From positions 5,518,001-5,582,000 of the forward strand of contig CATNEN010000002.1 in the NCBI GenBank assembly GCA_950097015.1: a stretch of 64,000 bases of DNA. Reading direction: 5' to 3'. This stretch comes from Macrostomum hystrix (lineage: Eukaryota > Animalia > Platyhelminthes). Within the stretch, counting starts at the first letter, position 1. Each line of letters starts with the position of its first letter. Under the pieces are notes generated by a model. The model ran no database searches. It was not told the origin of the DNA and saw only the letters and a list, made by a program, of their open reading frames with translations. The position numbers and the translations under genes are program-made. This document shows, piece after piece, positions 12,301 through 24,300 of this stretch.

Positions 12301-15300
12301 ATTTTAGAGTTGGGATTTTTGGGATTTTAAGTTTGGGATCTTTAGCATTTTAGAGTTGGGATCTATGAGATTTTAGAGTTGGGATCTATGAGATTTTAGA
12401 GTTGGGATCTATGAGATTTTAGAGTTGGGATCTTTGGGATTTTAAGTTTGGGATCTTTAGCATTTTAGAGTTGGGATTTTTGGGATTTTAAGTTTGGGAT
12501 CTTTAGCATTTTAGAGTTGGGATCTATGAGATTTTAGAGTTGGGATCTATGAGATTTTAGAGTTGGGATCTATGAGATTTTAGAGTTGGGATCTTTGGGA
12601 TTTTAAGTTTGGGATCTTTAGCATTTTAGAGTTGGGATCTTTGGGATTTAAGGTTGGGATCTTTGGCATCTAGAGTTGGGATCTATGAGATTTAGAATCA
12701 TGATCTTTGGGAATTAGAGTTCCCTCATAAATTTATGAGTAGTTTATTAAAAGTAATTGACCATCTGCCTTGCTTCCCAACTAAGTAAATGCTGTGTGTG
12801 TAAATAGTTTGCTGCATTGTCAGTACCTTCCTAATCATTGAAACAATGCCTTATTATTCAAATCTATTCTATTTGCACATGTATGTATGCACATGTTCAT
12901 TGCATCAGTGCATTCGCTTCGTGCTCTTCCCAATGCTACTCAGTTCCAGTTGATTTGGGCACACTTACAATTCCATAGATGGTGCATTAGATAGCTGTTG
13001 ATGCATTTTTTACTAAGTGTGCTTCTTGGATTTGAAAAAACGAATCAAAAGAAAATAAATAGATCTTTTTCTACCGAATGTTACTTGCACATTAAATAGA
13101 ATTTACTCAGTCCGAGCACATTTATCTACTACTTTTCACACTTCTCTACTTACTAAGTAGTGTAACTCGACTAAACACTATTTCTACAAGCAAATTTTCC
13201 AGCATAAAACAGAGAGAGCGGACAGATTCCACGTCAGGACAAGCCGAGCGAACCGGAATTCCTGCCCGACTGATAATCCTGCCTTATCAGTTGCAGCATA
13301 GCAACTGGCGGACTGGGAGTGCACTTTCTGCTGGCCTGGCTAATTAAGAGCAAAACTTTCACTTTAAAAAGACAGGCAACCAGATTGTGAAAGTGGTTTG
13401 AGAGAGTTGCAAAGATTTCTACGAGAGTAAATCACAGAGGGTGGATTGAAGTGAGAGCGAATCAGAATGGAGTAAATCATAGAGTAAATCTAGGAGAGTG
13501 AATCTAGGAGAGTGAATCTAGGAGAGTGAATCTAGGAGAGTGAATCTAGGAGAGTGAATCTAGGAGAGTGAATCTAGGAGAGTGAATCTAGGAGAGTGAA
13601 TCTAGGAGAGTGAATCTAGGAGAGTGAATCTAGGTGAGTGAATCTAGGAGAGTGAATCTAGGAGAGTGAATCTAGCAGAGTGAATCTAGGAGAGTGAATC
13701 TAGGAGAGTGAATCTAGGTGAGTGAATCTAGGAGAGTGAATCTAGGAGAGTGAATCTAGCAGAGTGAATCTAGGAGAGTGAATCTAGGAGAGTGAATCTA
13801 GGAGAGTGAATCTAGGAGAGTGAATCTAGGAGAGTGAATCTAGCAGAGTGAATCTAGCAGAGTGAATCTAGGAGAGTGAATCTAGCAGAGTGAATCCAGG
13901 AGAGTGTATCATGTTTTCAATAGCGAGCAGTTAATGCTGGTCTCGAAAGCCACAAGTTTGCCAATACTGGCGCTAGTGTGACTGGCTTGGCTTTCGATTG
14001 TGGATTACGTAACCGTCATTTGAGTTGTTCAGCGACTATCCGTCTATCTTTCCCTGCCCCATTTTATCTCGTAAAATGGGAAATTTTAAAGGGCTAGAAA
14101 AAACTTTTATGGGGATCTATACTGAGGCAAAGAGATGGGACCCGAAGTTTGAGGTGGAGACATTTCCCGATCGATAAAATAAAATCCAAAACGACCGAAG
14201 CTGCTGGAGTGGGGAATTTGCCAGTGGGATTACGCAACCAGTCGCGCTGCGGTTCAGGCAGACACAGACCGTGTGTGGAAATATTTTTATGAGGAATCAA
14301 CAAATTACTTTGTGTCACGATGCAGTTGAGTTTGGGGATAAAAATGCAATTTACTATAATTGTCCCATTTGATTATTTGAACTGTCTTCGGCTATAAGGA
14401 TAACTAGGCGTAACTGTGTACGCTGGTCGATTAAGTAGATTAACTGATTAATTGCTAAGTGATTTTTATCACTGTGAGAGCTACCGAAGCCATTTGTGAG
14501 TAAAGAGAAGTTGCATTTCGTGGACAGCAGAGAAAACTAAGGACATTGGGAGAAATTAGGCAGATAGGCTTCGATATAATAAAGTTAGGGATAAATGTCA
14601 GAGAGTGCACTAGAGTGAATGAGAGAGTGAATGAGAGAGTGAAATAGAGTGAGAGAGTGGATGAGAGAGTGAATGAGAGAGTGAATGAGAGAGTGAAGTA
14701 GAGTGAGAGAGTGGATGAGAGAGTGACTGAGAGAGTGAATGAGAGAGTCAATGAGAGAGTGAATGAGAGAATGAACTAGAGTGAATGAGAGAGTGAATGA
14801 GAGAGTGAATGAGAGAGTGAATGAGAGAGTGAATGAGAGAATGAACTAGAGTGAATGAGAGAGTGAATGAGAGAGTGGATGAGAGAATGAACTAGAGTGA
14901 ATGAGAGAGTGAATGAGAGAGTGGATGAGAGAATGAACTAGAGTGAATGAGAGAGTGAATGAGAGAGTGGATGAGAGAGTGAATGAGAGAATGAACTAGA
15001 GTGAATGAGAGAGTGAATGAGAGAGTGAATGAGAGAGTGAATGAGAGAGTGAATGAGAGAATGAACTAGAGTGAATGAGAGAGTGAATGAGAGAGTGGAT
15101 GAGAGAATGAACTAGAGTGAATGAGAGAGTGAATGAGAGAGTGGATGAGAGAATGAACTAGAGTGAATGAGAGAGTGAATGAGAGAGTGGATGAGAGAGT
15201 GAATGAGAGAATGAACTAGAGTGAATGAGAGAGTGAATGAGAGAGTGAACTAGAGTGAATGAGAGAGTGAATGAGAGAGTGAAGTAGAGTGAGAGAGTGG

Positions 15301-18300
15301 ATGAGAGAGTGACTGAGAGAGTGAATGAGAGAGTCAATGAGAGAGTGAATGAGAGAATGAACTAGAGTGAATGAGAGAGTGAATGAGAGAGTGAATGAGA
15401 GAGTGAATGAGAGAGTGAATGAGAGAATGAACTAGAGTGAATGAGAGAGTGAATGAGAGAGTGGATGAGAGAATGAACTAGAGTGAATGAGAGAGTGAAT
15501 GAGAGAGTGGATGAGAGAATGAACTAGAGTGAATGAGAGAGTGAATGAGAGAGTGGATGAGAGAGTGAATGAGAGAATGAACTAGAGTGAATGAGAGAGT
15601 GAATGAGAGAGTGAACTAGAGTGAATGAGAGAGTGAATGAGAGAGTGGATGAGAGAGTTAATGAGAGAGTGAATGAGAGAATGAACTAGAGTGAATGAGA
15701 GAGTGAATGAGAGAGTGGATGAGAGAATGAACTAGAGTGAATGAGAGAGTGAATGAGAGAGTGGATGAGAGAGTGAATGAGAGAATGAACTAGAGTGAAT
15801 GAGAGAGTGAATGAGAGAGTGAACTAGAGTGAATGAGAGAGTGAATGAGAGAGTGAATGAGAGAGTGAACTAGAGTGAATGAGAGAGTGAATGAGAGAGT
15901 GAATGAGAGAGTGAATGAGAGAGTGAATGAGAGAATGAACTAGAGTGAATGAGAGAGTGAATGAGAGAGTGAATGAGAGAATGAACTAGAGTGAATGAGA
16001 GAGTGAATGAGAGAGTGAATGAGAGAATGAACTAGAGTGAATGAGAGAGTGAATGAGAGAGTGGATGAGAGAGTGAATGAGAGAATGAACTAGAGTGAAT
16101 GAGAGAGTGAATGAGAGAGTGAATGAGAGAGTGAATGAGAGAGTGAATGAGAGAATGAACTAGAGTGAATGAGAGAGTGAATGAGAGAGTGGATGAGAGA
16201 ATGAACTAGAGTGAATGAGAGAGTGAATGAGAGAGTGGATGAGAGAGTGAATGAGAGAATGAACTAGAGTGAATGAGAGAGTGAATGAGAGAGTGAACCA
16301 GAGTGAATGAGAGAGTGAATGAGAGAGTGAATGAGAGAGTGAACTAGAGTGAATGAGAGAGTGAATGAGAGAGTGAATGAGAGAGTGGATGAGAGAGTGA
16401 ATGAGAGAATGAACTAGAGTGAATGAGAGAGTGAATGAGAGAGTGGATGAGAGAGTGAATGAGAGAATGAACTAGAGTGAATGAGAGAGTGAATGAGAGA
16501 ATGAACTAGAGTGAATGAGAGAGTGAATGAGAGAGTGGATGAGAGAGTTAATGAGAGAATGAACTAGAGTGAATGAGAGAGTGAATGAGAGAATGAACTA
16601 GAGTGAATGAGAGAGTGAATGAGAGAGTGAATGAGAGAGTGAATGAGAGAGTGGATGAGAGAGTGAATGAGAGAATGAACTAGAGTGAATGAGAGAGTGA
16701 ATGAGAGAATGAACTAGAGTGAATGAGAGAGTGAATGAGAGAGTGAATGAGAGAGTGAATGAGAGAGTGAATGAGCGAGTGAATGAGAGAGTGAATGAGA
16801 GAGTGAATGAGAGAGTGAATGAGAGAGTGAATGAGAGAGTGAATGAGAGAATGAACTAGAGTGAATGAGAGAGTGGATGAGAGAGTGAATGAGAGAGTGA
16901 ACTAGAGTGAATGAGAGAGTGAACTAGAGTGAATGAGAGAGTGAACTAGAGTGAATGAGAGAGTGAACTAGAGTGAATGAGAGAGTGAACTAGAGTGAAT
17001 GAGAGAGTGAACTAGAGTGAATGAGAGAGTGAACTAGAGTGAATGAGAGAGTGAACTAGAGTGAATGAGAGAGTGAACTAGAGTGAATGAGAGAGTGAAC
17101 TAGAGTGAATGAGAGAGTGAACTAGAGTGAATGAGAGAGTGAACTAGAGTGAATGAGAGAGTGAACTAGAGTGAATGAGAGAGTGAACTAGAGTGAATGA
17201 GAGAGTGAACTAGAGTGAATGAGAGAGTGAACTAGAGTGAATGAGAGAGTGAACTAGAGTGAATGAGAGAGTGAACTAGAGTGAATGAGAGAGTGAACTA
17301 GAGTGAATGAGAGAGTGAACTAGAGTGAATGAGAGAGTGAACTAGAGTGTCAGAGAGTGAACTGATGTGATTTGAATGAGGCAGGCAATGAGTTAGAGTA
17401 GAAACTCAAAGTGCAATGTTGATTGCACTCGAAAGCAAGGAGAAATTCCAAGAACTCTGTTACACTTGAGTATTCAAAGTTCATGAAGGACCAAGAGCAG
17501 TATATGCCAACTGAAAGGATTGCGTGATTGGACCGTCCCAGCTCTGCTGGCATCTCAGTTCTTTCTGCGCTGAAATAAATTGGATTTTACTTGGCTAGAA
17601 GTCCCGGCATTTTGTGTGCAGACTCAATGGAGAAGACTTCCCAAGCCAAGGTCACTCTTTACTGCGCAACCTTTGGCACTATGAGATAATATTCGACAAT
17701 CTAAATTAGATTCTATTTGCATCCATCTCAGTGTGAATAACACCAGAGAGCCAGTGAAATGCGCTGACCCGGGAACAGATAATACACTGGAAGGCCTTGT
17801 TCTGGCACTTCTACTCAGAACTGATTGAGCACAAATGGAGTGGAGTGGGCGGAGAAGAGATTAAAGATAACTAGATGAAGGGATGGAAGGGTGGAGATAA
17901 AGGGATGGCGATAAGAGATTAATTGGTGTAAGTATATAGACGAAAGGATGTAATGTAGGAGATGCTTGGACGGAAGGGATGGAATGGAGGAGATGAAGGG
18001 ATGTAAAGAAGGAGATGAAGGGATGGAATGGAGGAGATGAAGAGATAGAAGACAGAAGATAAAGGGAAACAACGGAGGAGATCAATGGATGGAAGGGAGA
18101 ATATTAAGGGATGGAAGGGAGGAGATCAATGGATGGAAGGGAGGAGATGAAGGGATGGAAGGGAGGAGATGAAGGGATGGAAGGGAGGAGATCAATGGAT
18201 GGAAGGGAGGAGATGAAGGGATGGAAGGGAGGAGATGAAGGGATGGAAGGGAGGAGATGAATGGATGGAAGGGAGGAGATGAAGGGATGGAAGGGAGGAG

Positions 18301-21300
18301 ATGAAGGGATGGAAGGGAGGAGATGAAGGGATGGAAGGGAGGCGATGAAGGGATAGAAGACAGAAGATGAAGGGGTGGAAGGGAGGAGATGAAGGGATGG
18401 AAGGGAGGCGATGAAGGGATACGAGTAGAAGACAGAAGATAAAGGGAAGGAAGGGAGGAGATGAATGGATGGAAGGGAGGAGATGAATGGATGGAAGGGA
18501 GGAGATGAATGGATGGAAGGGAGGAGATGAAGGGATGGAAGGGAGGAGATGAAGGGATGGAAGGGACTAGATGAAGGGATGGAAGGGAGGAGATGAAGGG
18601 ATGGAAGGGAGGCGATGAAGGGATAGAAGACAGAAGATGAAGGGAAGGAAGGGAGGAGATGAAGGGATGGAAGGGAGGCGATGAAGGGATAGAAGACAGA
18701 AGATGAAGGGATGGAAGGGAGGCGATGAAGGGATAGAAGACAGAAGATGAAGGGAAGGAAGGGAGGAGATGAATGGATGGAAGGGAGAAGATTAAGGGAT
18801 GGAAGGGAGGAGATGAAGGGATGGAAGGAGGAGATTTAGGGATGGAAGGGAGGAGATGAAGGGATGGAAGGGAGGGAATAATCAATACAAACGGGATGCA
18901 GAGAGGATAACGGGACAAAGAGGTGTGGGAATTAAGAAATTTGGCCAAGATGGTTAGCAAAGGCTTCAGGAAATGAGCCTGCAAGCAGCTGAAGCCACAC
19001 CAAATCCTTTTTAGCCACAATGGGCTTCAGTTATGGCTTTACCCTCGGTAGTAATTCTACGAGCTGTGTCGAATGGCTCTGTGCTCAGGCTCAGGAATGC
19101 ATGGGTAAAATCTTTGAAAGTCTGCCAAATGTAGCGAATCTGTCTCATCTCCATTCGCTCTTTAACAACCTATGAGCCGGACAGCCATCTTTTCTATACA
19201 TATCGCCTGTATCAAAGGCTACGATAGACTTATACGCTCGTACATTGATGATTTTTACTTAATCAATTTTCTCGTAATTTTGCACCATCCATTCTTTTCC
19301 TTGTCTTTGTTCCCTTCCCTCACTTCTCCCAGTCTCAAATCTTCTCTCCCTCTCTCCCTCCTCTCTCACCACTCTCCCCTTCCTCTCTCTCCCCCATTCT
19401 CCCCTTCCCTTCTACCCCTCTTTCACCCTCTCCCTCCATCTCCCTCCATCTCTCCCTATGCGGTTTGCGCAGTCGGTGCAGCTTCCCCAGTTCTGTTTGC
19501 ATTTCTATCTTACAACAGTGACTGCCCTTTGACTTACAAGCCTGCAGCAGCCTCTCCGTATTCGGACACATTTCGTTAGCCCAAACCGCACTCTGAGGGA
19601 AACTAACGACTACGCCGCCAGAAGCATTGACGCCTGCATCTGTTGCGGCAGTGTTGCCATGGCAACGAACCAGGCAATTCCTAGCCCTTATTAGTGCACT
19701 TCTAATGCCACATTCCATTACAGCCGGCTCGACTGTATCGCACTAAGCTCGTGTTTTCGAGTTTTTAGGCGGCGCTCGGTCAGTTATTTGTGTACAACCG
19801 ACAGAAGCAATTTATTTCTGGGCTTAGCTGGGCCAAAATCTTCTGCCTAGTAGTTGCTATGCAACTAGCCATTATTTCACAGCAATGCTTCTTTTGACGA
19901 AGCGCCTAAACGATGCAATGATCAGATTTGAACTTTGAAACGATAAACAATAAATTTGCAATTTAGATGGGGGGTGCTGGGCCAGTTGCAACTGTCGTGT
20001 TAGCTTGCTTTGCACAGACATTGATTCTGAAAATGCTGATCGTATTAAGCAATCTTTTTTTTCACCAATAACTGGTTCGGTAAATTTCTGTAGTTTGAAA
20101 TCTATTTTAAACAAAGTGACTAGGGTTTCACACGGCTAGAAAAACTCCCCGCCTGGATGGTTGCCATGGAAACCAGTAATTAATCCCAAACCTCAATATC
20201 CCAACGCCCTGATTTCAAGACCCAGCCCATGACTACAAGATCCCACCTGCATGACTACAAGATCCCAACTGCATGACTACAAGATCCCAACTGCATGACT
20301 ACAAGATCCCACCTGCATGACTACAAGATCCCAACTGCATGACTACGCTCGCACAAGATCCCACCTGCATGACTTCAAGATCCCACCTGCATGACTACAA
20401 GATCCCAACTGCATGAATACAAGATCCCAACTGCATGACTACAAGATTCCAACTGCATGACTACAAGATCCCAACCCATGACTACAAGATCCCAACTACA
20501 TGACTACGCTCGTACAAGATCCCACCTGCATGACTTCAAGATCCCACCTGCATGACTACAAGATCCCAACTGCATGACTACAAGATCCCAACTGCATGAC
20601 TTCAAGATCCCAACTGCATGACTACAAGATCCCAACTGCATGACTACAAGATCCCAACTGCATGACTTCAAGATCCCAACTGCATGACAACAAGATCCCA
20701 ACTGCATGACTACAAGATCCCAACTGCATGACTACAAGATCCCAACTGCATGACTACAAGATCCCAACTGCATGACTTCAAGATCCCAACTGCATGACTA
20801 CAAGATCCCAACTGCATGACTTCAAGATCCCAACTGCATGACTACAAGATCCCAACTGTATGACTTCAAGATCCCAACTGCATGACTACAAGATCCCAAC
20901 TGCATGACTACAAGATCCCAACTGCATGACTACAAGATCCCAACTGCATGACTACAAGATCCCAACACCCATGACTACAAGATCCCGAATTTATTTCAGA
21001 CGGAAGTCCACTGACACGAAGCCGCAGAAGCAGCAACGGACCCACCTGAGCTACCTGTCTAGCGATGAGTTTGTTGAGCCACACCCCGGATTCAACTATG
21101 AGCCAAAGCTCTGTCTCATCCAGCAATGCCGGCCCAGACCAATGACTCCGCTTCAGGTAAGACCCAAGTAACAACCAATGCGAAAACAAATTCTAAACAC
21201 CTAAAAGTGCACAATGCACCCGAAGCGGTTCGGTTGCTGTTGTTGGTGCGCAAAAGAAATAGGCTTTGTGGCAAATAAACACGGTGTGTCGTGAGAAAGC

Positions 21301-24300
21301 AGGGACTCAAGATTCAGTCAAAAGCAGCCGCGGTTAAGTGTAAACAAAGCATGCATTCAGTAAACTCATTCTGTAGGAACACTCTCTTCTCCGTTGATAT
21401 ACAATGTCGCAAACCTGACTTTAATTTACAGAGAAGAGAAACAAGAAATTTGCCTTCCATTAAGGGGCCAGTTCGTTTCTCTACAGAGCTCAGGTTACTC
21501 TGTCGCATTTTACCGTTTTCGCTTTCTATTCATTTATAGGAGAAACCTAAATTAGTTTCCGGTGCTGCTTTGCACTAATTTGGCATTGAATCAAACAAAA
21601 AATAAGTGCTTGAATGTTGCATGTTATAATCGGGGAAAATATCTTATATAAAATTCCCATCTAAGTCTGATCCCATCTCAGTTCAATCCCATCTCAGTGC
21701 AATCCCATCTCAGTCTGATCCCATCTCAGTCCAATCCCATCTCAGTGCAATCCCATCTCAGTCCAATCCCATCTCAGTCTGATCCCATCTCAGTGCAATT
21801 CCATCTCAGTGCAATCCCATCTCAGTCTGATCCCATCTCAGTCCAATCCCATCTCAGTCCAATCCCATCTCAGTCTTATCCCATCTCAGTCCAATCCCAT
21901 CTCAGTGCAATCCCATCTCAGTGCAATCCCATCTCAGTCTGATCCCATCTCAGTCTGATCCCATCTCAGTTCAATCCCATCTCAGTCCAATCCCATCTCA
22001 GTTCAATCCCATCTCAGTCTGATCCCATCTCAGTTCAATCCCATCTCAGTGCAATCCCATCTCAGTCCAATCCCATCTCAGTTCAATCCCATCTCAGTCC
22101 AATCCCAACTCAGTCCAATCCCATCTCAGTTCAATCCCATCTCAGTCCAATCCCAACTCAGTGCAATCCCATCTCAGTGCAATCCCATCTCACTCCAATC
22201 CCATCTCAGTGCAATCCTATCTCGGTCTGATCCCATCTCAGTCCAATCCCATCTCAGTTCAATCCCATCTCAGTTCAATCCCATTTCAGTTCAATCCCAT
22301 CTCAGTCCAATCCCATCTCAGTCCAATCCCATCTCAGTCCAATCCCATCTCAGTTCAATCCCATCTCAGTCCAATCCCATCTCAGTCCAATCCCATCTCA
22401 GTGCAATCCCATCTCAGTGCAATCCCATCTCAGTCTGATCCCATCTCAGTCCAATCCCATCTCAGTCCAATCCCATCTCAGTCTTATCCCATCTCAGTCC
22501 AATCCCATCTCAGTGCAATCCCATCTCAGTGCAATCCCATCTCAGTCTGATCCCATCTCAGTCTGATCCCATCTCAGTTCAATCCCATCTCAGTCCAATC
22601 CCATCTCAGTTCAATCCCATCTCAGTCTGATCCCATCTCAGTTCAATCCCATCTCAGTCCAATCCCATCTCAGTCCAATCCCATCTCAGTTCAATCCCAT
22701 CTCAGTCCAATCCCATCTCAGTCCAATCCCATCTCAGTGCAATCCCATCTCACTCCAATCCCATCTCAGTGCAATCCCATCTCAGTGCAATCCCATCTCA
22801 CTCCAATCCCATCTCAGTGCAATCCTATCTCGGTCTGATCCCATCTCAGTCCAATCCCATCTCAGTTCAATCCCATCTCAGTTCAATCCCATTTCAGTTC
22901 AATCCCATCTCAGTCCAATCCCATCTCAGTCCAATCCCATCTCAGTCCAATCCCATCTCAGTTCAATCCCATCTCAGTCCAATCCCATCTCAGTGCAATC
23001 CCATCTCAGTGCAATCCCATCTCAGTCTGATCCCATCTCAGTCTGATCCCATCTCAGTTCAATCCCATCTCAGTCCAATCCCATCTCAGTTCAATCCCAT
23101 CTCAGTCTGATCCCATCTCAGTTCAATCCCATCTCAGTCCAATCCCATCTCAGTCCAATCCCATCTCAGTTCAATCCCATCTCAGTCCAATCCCATCTCA
23201 GTCCAATCCCATCTCAGTGCAATCCCATCTCACTCCAATCCCATCTCAGTGCAATCCCATCTCAGTGCAATCCCATCTCACTCCAATCCCATCTCAGTGC
23301 AATCCTATCTCGGTCTGATCCCATCTCAGTCCAATCCCATCTCAGTTCAATCCCATCTCAGTTCAATCCCATTTCAGTTCAATCCCATCTCAGTCCAATC
23401 CCATCTCAGTCCAATCCCATCTCAGTCCAATCCCATCTCAGTTCAATCCCATCTCAGTCCAATCCCATCTCAGTCCAATCCCATCTCAGTGCAATCCCAT
23501 CTCACTCCAATCCCATCTCAGTGCAATCCTATCTCAGTCTGATCCCATCTCAGTCCAATCCCATCTCAGTTCAATCCCATCTCAGTCCAATCCCATCTCA
23601 GTCCAATCCCATCTCAGTCCAATCCCATCTCAGTCCAATCCTATTTTAGCTTACAAAATGAAGCATAAGAAAGTCTAGTCCTTGGCCCAGACATTCGGTG
23701 ATTCAGAATCAGATAAGAAGTTGAACTCTTTAGCCTAAAATGTATGCGCTGGCTTCAGTTAGTCTGGTAAACAATTTAAAGTACGGCCCACCCCAACTGC
23801 GGCACAGGTGTCAAGCAGTGTAATAAGTCAAAGAAGGCGGCAAGCATACATGGAACAGCAAGCCATAGCTCCCACCGAGAAAATTGCAGTTTGATTTAGC
23901 TAGAACACATTTCACCCTTGACTCCCCGCAAGTTTATATTTCTTTAAAGGGCTGTGTAAATCTAGTGGACAGAAAATTCACACTCCCACTTGACTAGGCT
24001 CCATGCAGGTGTGTCAGCAATATTTAATCTTCCGTTCTGCACTATAATTTATGATTGCGCTTCAAAATGTTTTAAGCTTGTAATTTCACAGCAAACTTCG
24101 TGACAAAAGGGTGGTCATCTGAGCGATAATTTTTTTAGATGTTTTAATCTAAAAATTAAAATTTTGTGAAAAATTCTCTCCCTCTAAGTCTAAGGACTCA
24201 TTCCGTGCTCAGTACCGATTGACTTTCGCAGTCATGTTGTGAGACAACTTTTTTCAAGTGATTTTCTAGTTTTCTCTGACGCAGTGTTAGGTGCCTTTGC

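Noticed and set aside
13290-13305. X-box-like GTTGCAGCATAGCAAC
   Set aside because: The spacer is two bases too long for the canonical palindrome.
17350-19210. Protein-looking short frames between the purine arrays (e.g. minus VVKERMEMRQIRYIWQTFKDF..., plus LTREQIIHWKALFWHFYSEL...)
   Set aside because: Frames stop quickly, splice sites do not chain and no homology is recognised; they may be degraded transposon or unrecognised exons.
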